This document shows positions 28,213 through 38,598 of a DNA stretch of 64,000 nt, piece after piece (the first letter of the stretch is position 1; each line of letters opens with the position of its first letter). The stretch spans positions 70,377-134,376 of the forward strand of contig PSLZ01000002.1 in NCBI GenBank assembly GCA_040289885.1, in the 5' to 3' direction. The notes beneath the pieces are model-generated. The model was given only the letters and a program-made list of their open reading frames with translations, ran no database searches and was not told the DNA's origin. The position numbers and the translations under genes were made by a program. The stretch comes from Armatimonadota bacterium (lineage in GTDB: Bacteria; Armatimonadota; HRBIN16).

Positions 28213-29644
28213 TCAGCGCATCCTCTGACGCAGGGCTTGCAGAGTGGTTTGCATCCGTGCTCGGGTACCTCTATCCGTCTCCACCTCCAGCCGCTGTTCC
28301 AGCACCGGGATGGCGGACGCCGTGCCTGCCGTGCGCAACGCCTCTGCAGCTCTGTAGCGTACCACTGCGTCCGGATGGTTACTCAGCAGTGCTAGCAGTA
28401 AATGCTCGGCACGAGGGTCTGCAAGTTTCCCTAGCGCACAGATGGCGCTTACCTGCAGGAGGAAATCGGTGCTCTGGGCGGCGGTCAACAGCTCTGGTAG
28501 CGCGGAGGGGTCCCCAATTTGTCCAAGGGCCGAAGCAATACGTTCGCCAAGCTGGCTGTTTCCTGTCAGGAGCGACTCCCGGAGCATATCGCGAAGCGGT
28601 TCGACCGCCTCTTTAGCCTTGAGCTCTCCCAGTATCCACGCCACGTTTCGCTGGCAACTCAGGGGGCCCTTGCCCCGGGGATGCTTGAGCGCATCAGCCA
28701 GGTAAGGGACACTGACTTGCCCCATCGCTTTCAAAACTCTGTGCGCTTCGACGAGAAGATCGTCTCCTCCCAATGCCCCCAGCATCGTCTCTATAGTCTG
28801 CGCCAGATCCATCCCCTGCGTGCGCATCTGCCAGTACGCCCACACGGGGTCGACTTCACCCGGGCGCAGTGGCGATGGCGAGCCATGCTGAAAGACAAGA
28901 CTGCCTGCAAAATCAGACGCGGCATTGCCGATGATCCGCATCGTGCTTCTGTCCCCAATCTGTGCCAGCGCGCGAATCAGAGGGAAACCCAAAAGCGCCG
29001 TCCCCCACAGACCTTCTTGGCTCTTCGCCACCAGCATCGGAGCTGGCTTCGGCTACCTTCAACCGTCCTAATGCCCAGGCACCCTGCAAAACGCGCTGTT
29101 TTCCCTCCGCTGTAGCTTGCCCACGGTCACTGATGGCACCCGAATAGGTCTTGTCCCCATTGCGTACCTAATCCAGCATCGCGGAGATATAGACCTCTCT
29201 TCCCTGGGTTCGCAACTGAATGCGTTCGATGGTCAACTTTGCCATCGCTACGTCGTAATGGGTCATGGCGTCGTCCTGCGCCATTCGCCGGGCAATAAAG
29301 TCCTCGACGGATGGAATGACATCAGGTCCTGCCACGTCTCCCAGCAAATACAGCACGTACAGCCTGCGGCTCAACTGATCCTTTTCGGACTGCGTCGTGC
29401 TTCCAACGAGGAACGACTTCTTCTTGCGCTCGCTCATGAACGCCACGTGTTCTTGCAGGTAGCGCAAGAGGTCTGCAGGGTTCTTCTGGGCGGTGCGATA
29501 CATCGTTATCCACTCGGCTGGCACATCGGGTAGTAAAATCGCTGGCTGTCGCAGAGGGTCTTTCGCTGGCGGCAGGTCGGCAAAACCCAACGGTGCCAGT
29601 ATCAGCACGGGCACGAAAACGGACAACAGGGTATAACGTTTCAT
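28213..29644 (-). pseudogene. Secreted HEAT/PBS-lyase-repeat protein interrupted by TAG and a frameshift
   Basis: Signal-peptide ORF ends MLD-TAG (29168-29170) and continues in frame as VRNGDK...GAWALGRLKVAEA. A 1-nt shift near 29044 joins it to the HEAT-repeat ORF (ALGQIGD, ALGKLAD, VRYRAAEAL). Confidence 0.72.
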
Positions 29645-29929
29645 GGCATTTGACCTCCTCGTTTAGTAATCCTGACGTCCTGTAACCGACACAATGCTGT
29701 AAGGGGGAGAGAAAGATAGATTTGCAATACATCTGGATGAACCTCCCTTCTGTCGTCTGCGTGGTCTGCACGCTTAATCACAGTATATACAGTATCCGAC
29801 AAAAAACATTAAGGTGTTTGAGGAGGGCGGCGCGAAAAAAGTATGCCAAAACTCTGCATTGCTCCCAGCATGATTCTCATCCCGCGGGGGCGTATAGTAG
29901 CATGGCATTCTCAGAACCGGAGGGCATGG

Positions 29930-30925
29930 ATGATTTGCGTCATCGGTGGCGCAGGATACATCGGCTCACACTGCGTCAAAAGGCTGTTGGAGAAGGGCTA
30001 CGCGGTGGTCACATTGGATAACCTGGAGGCGGGACACCGCGAGGCGGTTCCGGGCGGCGAGTTCGTGCAGGGCGACTATACGCACCGGCAGACGCTGGAT
30101 GAATTGTTTCGCACCTACCCGGTAGAGTGCGTGATGCACTTCGCCGCCTACGCCTCGGTGGCGGAAAGCATGACCGACCCCGCCAAGTTCTATCGGCTGA
30201 ACGTGGTGGGCGGCTATACTCTGTTGGAGGCGATGCGTGCGCACAACGTTCCCTATCTCATCTTTTCCTCCAGCGCCGCCACCTACGGCGAGCCTCGACA
30301 GATACCCATTCCTGAAGAGCACCCGCAGGTACCCACCAACGCCTATGGCGAGACCAAACGCGCCTTCGAGCAGATGCTTCGCTGGTACGACCTTGCCTTC
30401 GGCATACGCTCCATCAGCCTGCGCTACTTCAACGCCGCGGGCGCAGACCCCGATGGACAGCTCGGTGAAGACCACCGCCCTGAAACGCACCTGATCCCGC
30501 TGGTTCTGCTGACCGCGCTGGGCAAGCGACCGGCCATCAAGATATTCGGCACCGACTACGACACACCCGATGGAACCTGCATCCGCGACTATATTCACGT
30601 GACCGACCTAGCGGACGCACACATCTTGGCTTACGAGTCGCTCAAGCGCGGCGCACCCACCACCGCCTACAATCTGGGCAACGGGCTGGGCTATTCGGTA
30701 CGCGAGGTGATCCGCACCGCCGAGCAGGTGGTCGGGCATCCTATCCCGCAGGAGGAAGCCCCTCGCCGCCCGGGCGACCCTGCGCGGCTGGTCGCCAGCG
30801 CACAGCGGGCACAACAGGAGCTGGGCTGGAAACCGCAATACACCGACCTGCGCACCATCATCGAGACCGCTTGGCGCTGGCACAGTAGCCACCCGGATGG
30901 CTATAGCAATGGGGAACAGAGATAG
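29930..30925 (+). CDS. galE: UDP-glucose 4-epimerase
   Basis: GGAGYIGSH, HFAA, SSSAATYG, YGETK, LRYFNAAGA, RDYIHV, RRPGDP. Confidence 0.96.
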   Translation: MICVIGGAGYIGSHCVKRLLEKGYAVVTLDNLEAGHREAVPGGEFVQGDYTHRQTLDELFRTYPVECVMHFAAYASVAESMTDPAKFYRLNVVGGYTLLEAMRAHNVPYLIFSSSAATYGEPRQIPIPEEHPQVPTNAYGETKRAFEQMLRWYDLAFGIRSISLRYFNAAGADPDGQLGEDHRPETHLIPLVLLTALGKRPAIKIFGTDYDTPDGTCIRDYIHVTDLADAHILAYESLKRGAPTTAYNLGNGLGYSVREVIRTAEQVVGHPIPQEEAPRRPGDPARLVASAQRAQQELGWKPQYTDLRTIIETAWRWHSSHPDGYSNGEQR

Positions 30926-30974
30926 CGGAAGGGGACGTGGCAGGACGCCACCTCCACGCATTTCCAGCAGGTGT

Positions 30975-31226
30975 TTACCGACCAGCAGGAACGCTTCCGC
31001 TTTGTAGAGAGCGCATGCGCTGGTTGCGTCGCGCCAGGGCGTCGATCAAAACCCTTTTCTCCTGTTCCGTCACCTGAATCTGCTCACGCCCAGAAGGGAG
31101 TGGAGCCGTCACTGCGCCCGCCCGCGAACATGAGGTCCACAACCACGCTCCGCCGATAAGGGCTATCGCGGCGACCACGATAATCAGGATCGCCAACGGT
31201 AGGGGTACCTCGCTCTTGGCTTTCAT
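30975..31226 (-). CDS. Small single-TM hypothetical protein
   Basis: AGGAGG RBS, MKAKSEVP then a hydrophobic helix; directly downstream of the prepilin-like gene. Confidence 0.65.
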   Translation of the reverse strand: MKAKSEVPLPLAILIIVVAAIALIGGAWLWTSCSRAGAVTAPLPSGREQIQVTEQEKRVLIDALARRNQRMRSLQSGSVPAGR

Positions 31227-31237
31227 CGCGCCCCTCC

Positions 31238-32017
31238 TTAATAGATGCGGCACTCGCTGAAATCAGACGCTGTTCGGGGACACAACCGCCGGATGTAGTG
31301 ATTGATGCTGTAATCAAAGTAGTACTTGACGTGCCCGTCCGCAAACGCCAAATTCAGCCCAGCAGGGTGTGTCTGTGCGTCGGGGTCCCATCCGACATCT
31401 ACGTCCCACTCACTGCTTTCTCCAGAGTGCGCCCCCATCCAGTCTTCCCACCAGGTAACCTGTATGGCGGGAGCAGATAGCGATGCGAGCGGATAACCCG
31501 CCAGCGTGGAATCCTTGACAACCTGTGGAGCATCGCCCCAGGTGCCATCGCCATTGCACCACCAGCTCAACCAGTCTTTGTAACAATAGTTGTGCGGTGC
31601 GCCGGGTTCCTTGGCGCGAATGGTGGGGCACTGGAAGATACCCTCATTCTTGCTGTAAGGCAGAAGAACGGTGAGAATGTGTACCCGTGGAGTCTGAAAT
31701 CCGCACCACTGTACCCCGTAGGAGCTAGCATCCCAGGGCACGCCGAGGTAGTGAGCGGGCTGTCCAGGCGAGCCCCAATCGGTAGCCGCCCACCAGTTGT
31801 TCGCGACATCGGGGAAGGTCTCATCGTAGTCCTGGATGTACATCAGCAAGGAGAGGTTAATCTGTTTCATGTTGGAGGTGCAGGTAGCCAGTCGTGCTTT
31901 TTCACGCGCCTGTGCGAACACGGGGAACAGAATGGCTGCTAGTATAGCGATAATCGCGATAACAACTAGCAGCTCAATCAGCGTGAAGCCGTCACGGAGC
32001 CGATTGGTCTTGCGCAT
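31238..32017 (-). CDS. Prepilin-type N-terminal cleavage/methylation protein with H-X9-DG motif (DUF1559-like)
   Basis: [33 protein letters not shown], Cx[27 protein letters not shown]. Confidence 0.93.
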   Translation of the reverse strand: MRKTNRLRDGFTLIELLVVIAIIAILAAILFPVFAQAREKARLATCTSNMKQINLSLLMYIQDYDETFPDVANNWWAATDWGSPGQPAHYLGVPWDASSYGVQWCGFQTPRVHILTVLLPYSKNEGIFQCPTIRAKEPGAPHNYCYKDWLSWWCNGDGTWGDAPQVVKDSTLAGYPLASLSAPAIQVTWWEDWMGAHSGESSEWDVDVGWDPDAQTHPAGLNLAFADGHVKYYFDYSINHYIRRLCPRTASDFSECRIY

Positions 32018-32058
32018 TTGGCGAATGCCTCCTTCCTAAGTGGGTAATTGTTGATATA

Positions 32059-32088
32059 ATTATAACAAAAGAATGGGAAAAAAGTCAA
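32059..32088 (-). promoter_or_regulatory. sigma70 promoter for the prepilin-like gene, overlapped by an AT-rich imperfect palindrome
   Basis: Minus strand TTGACT-N18-TATAAT with extended TG; TTGTTATAATTATATCAACAA overlaps the -10 box. Confidence 0.6.
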
Positions 32089-32162
32089 GCCGAGCACGTG
32101 CTTCTCAAGCAACCACAGGAACTTTGAAAGTGCGAATAGAATATAAGCAAGGAGGGATGAAG

Positions 32163-33092
32163 ATGAACATGAAGCTGGGTTTCGTGAGCGCGATATTACC
32201 AGACCTGTCCCTGCAGGAGGTTATGCAGTTTGCTGCCGATGAGGGCTTTGACTGTGTGGAGTTGATGTGCTGGCCCGTTGGCAAAGCCGAACGACGCTAC
32301 GCCGGAGTCACCCATATCGACGTCGCCACGCTGGACGCAGCGAAGGCTGACCAAATCCGCGCGCTCTGCGAGCACACCGGCGTCACCATCAGCGGGCTGG
32401 GCTACTATCCCAACGTGCTCTCGCCTAACCCCGAGGAGGCAAACGTCTGTCTACAACATCTGAAGAAGGTGATCTCTGCTTCGGCGAAGCTGGGCATCGG
32501 TCTGGTGAATACCTTCATCGGGCGCGACTGGACACGCTCGGTCGAGGACAACTGGGCGCGCTTCCTGGAGGTCTGGAAACCGCTGATTGCCTACGCGGAA
32601 GAGCAGGGCGTGCGCATCGGCATCGAGAACTGCCCCATGCTCTTCACCCGCGACGAGTGGCCCGGCGGCAAGAACCTTGCTACCTCACCCGCCATCTGGC
32701 GCAAAATGTTTGCCGACATCCCTAGCGACCGCTTCGGGCTGAACTTCGACCCCTCGCACTTCGTGTGGCAACAGATGGACTACCTGAAGCCCCTGCGCGA
32801 GTTCAGCCACAAGCTGTTCCACATCCACGCCAAAGACGCCCGGGTGGATAGGCATCGGCTGGACGAAGTAGGCATTTTAGCTACCCCCCTGGAGTATCAC
32901 ACACCCAAACTGCCGGGACTGGGCGACGTAGACTGGGCAAAGTTCTTTTCGGTGCTTAGCGACGTGGGCTATCAGGGAGCCGTGTGCATCGAGGTGGAAG
33001 ACCGCGCCTACGAGAAGACGCTGGAGAGTCGCAAAGGGGCACTGCGCCAGTCCGCGCGATACCTACGGCAGTTCATGGAGGACGGAAGATGA
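32163..33092 (+). CDS. Sugar phosphate isomerase/epimerase (xylose-isomerase-like TIM barrel)
   Basis: [36 protein letters not shown]. Confidence 0.9.
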   Translation: MNMKLGFVSAILPDLSLQEVMQFAADEGFDCVELMCWPVGKAERRYAGVTHIDVATLDAAKADQIRALCEHTGVTISGLGYYPNVLSPNPEEANVCLQHLKKVISASAKLGIGLVNTFIGRDWTRSVEDNWARFLEVWKPLIAYAEEQGVRIGIENCPMLFTRDEWPGGKNLATSPAIWRKMFADIPSDRFGLNFDPSHFVWQQMDYLKPLREFSHKLFHIHAKDARVDRHRLDEVGILATPLEYHTPKLPGLGDVDWAKFFSVLSDVGYQGAVCIEVEDRAYEKTLESRKGALRQSARYLRQFMEDGR

Positions 33093-33790
33093 GCGTCGAT
33101 TACACCTACGAACAGATCGCCAAAATGATCGACCACTCCCTGCTCAACCCGGTCTTGACGGACGAGGAGTTGGAGCGGGGCTGTCGCATCGCGCGGGAGT
33201 ACCGCGTCGCCAGCGTGTGCATCAAGCCCTACTACCTGAAGCGATGCGCAGAGATGCTGCAGGGAAGCGGTGTGTTACCTAGCACCACCATCGGCTTTCC
33301 ACACGGAGGGCACACCATCGCCATCAAGGTTGCTGAGGCTCTGCAGGCGCTGAACGACGGCGGTGTGGAGCTGGACATGGTGGTGAACATCGGCAAGGCG
33401 CTCAGCGGCGACTGGGAATACGTGCGCAACGACATCTGGATGGTGGTGGAGGTTACCCATGCGCATGGCGGCATCGTCAAGGTCATCTTCGAGAACTGCT
33501 ATCTGCAGGACGCGCACAAAATTCGCCTGTGCGAAATCTGCGCGGAGGTCGGGGCGGATTTTGTGAAGACCTCCACCGGCTTCGGTTCCGGCGGTGCGAC
33601 CCTTGAGGACTTGAAACTGCTTCGTCAGCACTCACTGCCCCACGTGCAGGTCAAGGCGGCAGGCGGTATACGCATGTTAGACGCTTTGCTGGAGGTGCGC
33701 GCCATCGGGGTCACCCGCGTCGGAGCCACCCGCACGGTAGAGATTCTAGAAGAGTGCAAGCGGCGGCTGGGGATGGCATCTACCGGGTAG
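33089..33790 (+). CDS. deoC: Deoxyribose-phosphate aldolase
   Basis: [41 protein letters not shown]. Confidence 0.93.
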   Translation: MSVDYTYEQIAKMIDHSLLNPVLTDEELERGCRIAREYRVASVCIKPYYLKRCAEMLQGSGVLPSTTIGFPHGGHTIAIKVAEALQALNDGGVELDMVVNIGKALSGDWEYVRNDIWMVVEVTHAHGGIVKVIFENCYLQDAHKIRLCEICAEVGADFVKTSTGFGSGGATLEDLKLLRQHSLPHVQVKAAGGIRMLDALLEVRAIGVTRVGATRTVEILEECKRRLGMASTG

Positions 33791-33969
33791 CATCTGCCAC
33801 CCGTTGTGCCAGAGACTGTTTGCACGGTTCGTTCAGTACCCGTGCTTGCATATTTGCCAGCCACCGGGACAGCACGGTAAAGGGTGCGGTTGTGTCAGTG
33901 AGGGTGAAGCTGGCGCTGTGCATGGCTTGTGCTTTTGTCGAAATTGTCAGAGAAAGGAACAGCGCAGGA

Positions 33970-34017
33970 ACACAAGATGTTGTGGCGCTTCAGGGCGCAG
34001 GGTACTATATATAGGGC
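33970..34017. promoter_or_regulatory. Tandem NrdR-box-like palindromes (orphan)
   Basis: ACACAAGATGTTGTGG (33970-33985) and GTACTATATATAGGGC (34002-34017), 32 bp apart; consensus acaCwAtATaTwGtg. Confidence 0.5.
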
Positions 34018-34091
34018 TGGAGCGGGGGACGGGAATCGAACCCGCACCACCAGCTTGGAAGGCTGGGGCTCTGCCATTGAGCTACCCCCGC
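34018..34091 (-). tRNA. tRNA-Gly (TCC)
   Basis: GCGGGGG acceptor stem, anticodon loop CTTCCAA, GGTTCGATT T-loop, encoded CCA. Confidence 0.97.
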
Positions 34092-34097
34092 TCGCGC

Positions 34098-34174
34098 TGG
34101 TCGGGGTGACTGGGCTCGAACCAGCGACCTCTTGGTCCCAAACCAAGCGCTCTACCAACCTGAGCTACACCCCG
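34098..34174 (-). tRNA. tRNA-Pro (TGG)
   Basis: CGGGGTG acceptor stem, anticodon loop TTTGGGA, GGTTCGAG T-loop, encoded CCA. Confidence 0.97.
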
Positions 34175-34188
34175 ACCTCGCGCTAATT

Positions 34189-34217
34189 ATTATAGTCCAA
34201 AACCGCACCAGCGTCAA
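34189..34217 (-). promoter_or_regulatory. Strong sigma70 promoter for the tRNA operon
   Basis: Minus strand TTGACG-N17-TATAAT just upstream of tRNA-Pro. Confidence 0.85.
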
Positions 34218-37195
34218 GGGCCCGTAGAGGGCACCACAAATACCCACCGCCCCGACAACTCGGGTAGGATGTCTATCACTACCTTGCCCTCTTCGCGGCG
34301 GAAAGGCACTTCGCGCCCCTCGCTACCAGGCGTTGCACCCTCCAGATACAGCCGAAACGCGCGCGGAAAGAGCCTCTCGGAGAGCATCAACCGCGCCGCA
34401 CCGTGTACCTGCAGTTCCATCACCGCGCCGCCGGACACGCGCCGCTCGGGGGCTATCGGCGCCCATACTACCAGCGCAATCGGGTGCTCCCCTATCCGCT
34501 CGGCGAACCGGTGACACCTGCCGTCGATCTCTATCTCGGTGATGCCCGACCCACAAAAGGCGACCAGCTCCCCGCGTTCGTCCACGCGAAAGCTCACCGT
34601 GCCCCGGGCATCGCAGGTGACGCGATGTCCGTTGACGCACAAACCGTTGACCCGCACGCGGTCAGAAGGCAGTTTTAACTGTTTCAGCACTTGCTCGTCT
34701 CGCTGTCGGTTACGGGCGAAGCCGCCATCCCAGCTCTCCACGATCTCGCGCGTGTGTGGAGCGATGGAGACCGCGCCGTTCGGGAAACGCGTGACGAGAT
34801 AATCCCCCGTACGCGACAGGTGCTCGGTGTTGTCGTTGACGTCGGGGAACCTGCCGGTCGGCGGATAGGCTCCCAGTGCACTCAGCACCTCATACCAGTT
34901 GCGCACATCATATCCCAGACTGCGAGACTGGTCGTCGCGCGGGCGATAGCCCAGAAAAACGGCAAGCCCTCCATTTGCACCGCGCCGGACAGTGCCCACC
35001 ACCTGCTCGCCAACCTGCGCTACGACCTCCGTTTCTGCCTCCGGCACAACGGGGTAGATATGGTCTACCAGCAAGTCGGTCAGGATCATTTGGGGTGTGA
35101 CGCCTTGCAAGCTCCCGGTGAAGGTGACCATCCGCCCGGGCGCAGGGACCCCCTCCATCTGTCGCGGTGTGTAGCGCACGCCGAAAATCTCCTGCCACAA
35201 CGCGAGCGCAGGCTCCCCCTCCGCGGTCAGCACCGGCGGCGGACCGGACCAGATGACCCGCCCACCCTGCTCCACCATCCGCTTCATCAGCTCCAGCGTC
35301 TGGCGCGAAGGAAACGGCTCGAACAACGCCACTAGCGTGGTGAAACGGTAGTCGCCAATGCGGACGGCTCCGTCTTCCAGCTTGCCCTGCTCCAGCAGTT
35401 TCCACTGGGTGATCAGGTTGGCGTAGCCGTATTGCGTCATCCAGCTACCGAAACGCTCCTCCACCGCCACCAGGTCCAGCGGATAGAGCAGAAGCACCTC
35501 CACTGCCCGGTGCTTCATCCCCTGCACGCGCCCATGGTAGCCTCCCGCGGTGCCGAAGGCGCACTGAAGCCACCCATGTCGCTCGGAGATTTCGTGCGGA
35601 GAACCCCAGTGAGCGGCGTAGGAGTACGGTACTTCATTCAGAATGCCCGTGGAGCACCCCAACGCCAGCCCGTAGTAGTTCCGGTCCAGCCAGCCACCTT
35701 CCGAGTGGTCGTTGCCATTGCCCGTCAGAAAGTCGCCCCAGCGGAAATAGTCATAGCACGCCGACGCCGCTTGATGCACCGTGACCGACCAGACGAAGTT
35801 GGGGGTGTACTCGTACTTATGGCGGTTCATGTTGTCCTGCCCCACGTTCCAATAGTCCACAGTAGGGCTCTCCGCCCAGGTGGCGTGAGCGCGTGCCCCC
35901 AGCTTGTGCCCCATGCGCTCCTCGGCGTAACGCTTCGCCGCAGTGAACAGCTCCACCACCCCATCCTGCAGAAGCCGATAGTAGCGCGCGCGGAAGAGGG
36001 CGGTCTCGCGAATGGCGGATGGCGTGGCACCAAATACATGCAGAACCGGCTGGCGAGCGGTCAGGTCGCTGGCGAAATCCTCCTGAGCGTACACAAAATA
36101 GAGCAGATACTTGGCAAAATCCCGATACTGCTCGCCGTACAGCTGGGCGTAGCGACGGGCGAGGCTGTCGGTTAAATAACGCATGGCAAACTCGCCGTGC
36201 TCATGGTGGTTGAAGTACGCCCAGTCCTGCTGGATGTGCATCTCGTCTGAGTAAAGGGCGTTGAGCTTCACTCCTGCGTTGGCGTATTTGTCTATCAGCT
36301 TCTTCAGGAAAGGCAGGGCTTTGTCGCCGAAGTAGTCCATCTCGGGTGAGCGATACATCTGAAGCACCAGCACGCGGTTCAGGTCACCGACGTCTGTTCT
36401 GCCTGCACCGTAGACGCGGATACGCTCCGCGGTGAAGTCGCCTGCCCGCGCCTGCACTCCGGGGAAGACCTCCATCTTCGCCACCTCGCTGATCTCCACG
36501 ATGCTGTCGGGGGGTACCACCCGGTAGGGCGTGCCGCCAATCGCCTGCTCGCGGAAGGCAAACACCCGCACGCCCGCATCCTCCAGTTCCACGACGCCTT
36601 TGTTGTTCGCCCAGCGTTTGTGTCGCCACAGCCCCACGCTGAACGCTCCCGTCTGCGGGTCACGAAGCCCCTTGCGGTACTGAAGCCACATGCCGGTCTC
36701 ACCCGTTTTGGCGCGGTAGCCGGGTCCGATCTCCAACGGCGACAGCAGGTTCAATTCCAGCCCCAGTCCGTAGATCTGCGCGAACTTGGCGATGGGCGCA
36801 ATGCGCTGGATGTACGCATCGGTATCGGGGGTGTAACGGCGCGGACCCGCCTGCCCGGGGCGATACTGGCTAAAGAAGTGGTCAAAGGCGATGATCAGCG
36901 TGCGGTGTCCTGCCTTCTGGGCGTTTTCGCAAACCTCGCGCAAGCTCTGCTCGCGTGGCTCAAAGGTGAGGGAGAGATTCAGTTTGCGGTCGGGATCGAC
37001 GAGCATCTCCAGCTCTTTATCGCTGACTAGGATGATGGCTGACTTGCCGATCTCAAAACCGTATGCGCCAGGGTAGCTGACCAGCTCGGCGCGATAGACG
37101 TTTTCGGGGACACCTGCAAACATATGCGCCTCCTGAAGCGATGTCATTCCCACGAGGAGACTGGCGATGATGTGCGCCAGACAAAAACAGAACAT
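34214..37195 (-). CDS. Large uncharacterised protein (about 990 aa), possible glycoside-hydrolase-like
   Basis: Long ORF with normal codon usage; aromatic-rich core with YSDEMH; a later region resembles class-I GATase-like trimerisation domains (MVEQGGRVIWSG); GGGAGG RBS. Confidence 0.75.
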   Translation of the reverse strand: MFCFCLAHIIASLLVGMTSLQEAHMFAGVPENVYRAELVSYPGAYGFEIGKSAIILVSDKELEMLVDPDRKLNLSLTFEPREQSLREVCENAQKAGHRTLIIAFDHFFSQYRPGQAGPRRYTPDTDAYIQRIAPIAKFAQIYGLGLELNLLSPLEIGPGYRAKTGETGMWLQYRKGLRDPQTGAFSVGLWRHKRWANNKGVVELEDAGVRVFAFREQAIGGTPYRVVPPDSIVEISEVAKMEVFPGVQARAGDFTAERIRVYGAGRTDVGDLNRVLVLQMYRSPEMDYFGDKALPFLKKLIDKYANAGVKLNALYSDEMHIQQDWAYFNHHEHGEFAMRYLTDSLARRYAQLYGEQYRDFAKYLLYFVYAQEDFASDLTARQPVLHVFGATPSAIRETALFRARYYRLLQDGVVELFTAAKRYAEERMGHKLGARAHATWAESPTVDYWNVGQDNMNRHKYEYTPNFVWSVTVHQAASACYDYFRWGDFLTGNGNDHSEGGWLDRNYYGLALGCSTGILNEVPYSYAAHWGSPHEISERHGWLQCAFGTAGGYHGRVQGMKHRAVEVLLLYPLDLVAVEERFGSWMTQYGYANLITQWKLLEQGKLEDGAVRIGDYRFTTLVALFEPFPSRQTLELMKRMVEQGGRVIWSGPPPVLTAEGEPALALWQEIFGVRYTPRQMEGVPAPGRMVTFTGSLQGVTPQMILTDLLVDHIYPVVPEAETEVVAQVGEQVVGTVRRGANGGLAVFLGYRPRDDQSRSLGYDVRNWYEVLSALGAYPPTGRFPDVNDNTEHLSRTGDYLVTRFPNGAVSIAPHTREIVESWDGGFARNRQRDEQVLKQLKLPSDRVRVNGLCVNGHRVTCDARGTVSFRVDERGELVAFCGSGITEIEIDGRCHRFAERIGEHPIALVVWAPIAPERRVSGGAVMELQVHGAARLMLSERLFPRAFRLYLEGATPGSEGREVPFRREEGKVVIDILPELSGRWVFVVPSTGP

Positions 37196-37242
37196 TGAAC
37201 ATTCCACCTCCCTGTTATCGTTTGCTTCCGAGTTCTGAGTTA

Positions 37243-37308
37243 CCCCCACCCCAACCCTCTCCGCGGGCGGGGAGGGAGTATTCGGCTCGGACAGAGCCTT
37301 GCCCTCCA
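37243..37308. repeat. Composite REP-like element (CCCCCACCCCAACCCTC...GGGAGGGAG plus GGAG-type arm)
   Basis: CCCTCTCCGCGGGCGGGGAGGG hairpin fused to CGGCTCGGACAGAGCCTTGCCCTCC; inverted near-copy of 25186-25225. Confidence 0.7.
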
Positions 37309-37334
37309 GACTGAAAAAACGGTGATGCCTAACC

Positions 37335-37730
37335 TTATCGCATCGGCTTCACGTTCACTTGCGGAAGCACCTCACGCAGGTGCTTTGCCCAGATTTCGCC
37401 CAGCTTCAGCGGTGTGGTTTTGTGCAGGTTCGCATGCGCCTTATCCACCGTGACCAGCAGGTGATCTTTCACATATATCGCCGCCTCACCCCCTGCAAAG
37501 GGCTTTACCACTATATCTGAGGGCTGGATATTGGGGTCTTGCAGAATGGTTCGCAGTCGCACGGTGATGGCGTCCGCTCGCTGTTGGGGGGTCATCCCGC
37601 CCGCGCTGAAGCGAATGCGCAGGATGAACTCGCCGCCAATGGTCACCTCACCTACTGGCTCCTGCTGGGCGGGAGCCATACACAACCAGCCAAACAGCAA
37701 GCCCAAAGCCACTACGACAGTTCTCTTCAT
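37335..37730 (-). CDS. Small secreted hypothetical protein
   Basis: Signal peptide MKRTVVVALGLLFGWLCMAPA, AAGGAGG RBS; TPQQRAD...LVTVD...A..W pattern. Confidence 0.8.
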   Translation of the reverse strand: MKRTVVVALGLLFGWLCMAPAQQEPVGEVTIGGEFILRIRFSAGGMTPQQRADAITVRLRTILQDPNIQPSDIVVKPFAGGEAAIYVKDHLLVTVDKAHANLHKTTPLKLGEIWAKHLREVLPQVNVKPMR

Positions 37731-37754
37731 CTGCTGCCTCCTTGTGTTGGTATA

Positions 37755-38528
37755 TTACACCATGCCCATCGCATGGTAGCCGCTGTCGACATAGATAACT
37801 TCGCCCGTTACTCCCCGTGCCAGGTCGCTCAGCAGGAAGAGCGCGGTATCGGCAACCTCCTCCGCTTCGGTGTTCCGGCGCAGAGGGGCTACCTCGCGCA
37901 CACGCTGGAGCATGGTGGTAAACCCCGCGATAGCCCGTGCTGCGAATGTGTTGATAGGTCCCGCCGAAACCGCATTCACTCGGATGCCCTGCGGACCCAA
38001 GTCGGACGCCAGGTAGCGCACGCTCGCCTCCAACGCAGCTTTGGCAACGCCCATCACGTTGTAGTTGGGCACAACGCGCTCACTGCCGATGTAGGTGAGC
38101 GTCACCACACTGCTTCCTGCGCCCATCAGCGGCTCCAGCGCCTTGCACAGCGCGACCAGCGAGAAGACGCTGACATCCATCGCGAGGTGGAACCCATCGC
38201 GTGAGGTGTCCACATATCGCCCGAACAGCTCCTCCTTTTTGGCAAACGCCACGCTGTGCACCAGGAGGTCTACCCTGTCCCACTGCGCCTGAAGCGACTG
38301 TACCAGCGACTCGATCTGCCCATCATCCGATACGTCACAGGGTAGAACCAGCGTTCCAGGTATCGTTTCCGCCAGCGGGCGTACGTTCTTCTCCAGCCTC
38401 TCGTTTTGATATGTTAACGCCAGGTTCGCTCCCTCTTGCGCCAGCCGCCGCGCAATCGCCCAGGCGATACTGCGCTCACTGGCAACGCCCAGCACCACAG
38501 TGTTTTTACCCTGCACCAGACCAGGCAT
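37755..38528 (-). CDS. fabI: Enoyl-ACP reductase
   Basis: GVASERSIAWAIA, HSVAFA, YNVMGVAKAALE, SAGPI, VDSG. Confidence 0.96.
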   Translation of the reverse strand: MPGLVQGKNTVVLGVASERSIAWAIARRLAQEGANLALTYQNERLEKNVRPLAETIPGTLVLPCDVSDDGQIESLVQSLQAQWDRVDLLVHSVAFAKKEELFGRYVDTSRDGFHLAMDVSVFSLVALCKALEPLMGAGSSVVTLTYIGSERVVPNYNVMGVAKAALEASVRYLASDLGPQGIRVNAVSAGPINTFAARAIAGFTTMLQRVREVAPLRRNTEAEEVADTALFLLSDLARGVTGEVIYVDSGYHAMGMV

Positions 38529-38598
38529 CTTTCACCTCCCGCAGATAGACGTGCCAGAGTTTTCGGCGCAGAGGAAGCAAGTTCCTGCTATGGGGAAA

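Noticed and set aside
29775-29795. CAGTATATACAG LexA-like sequence
   Set aside because: Does not fit CTGT-N8-ACAG or GAAC-N4-GTTC spacing; more likely part of an AT-rich promoter.
33791-34174. Integrated element at the tRNA genes
   Set aside because: No integrase and no duplicated tRNA 3' end was seen in the window.
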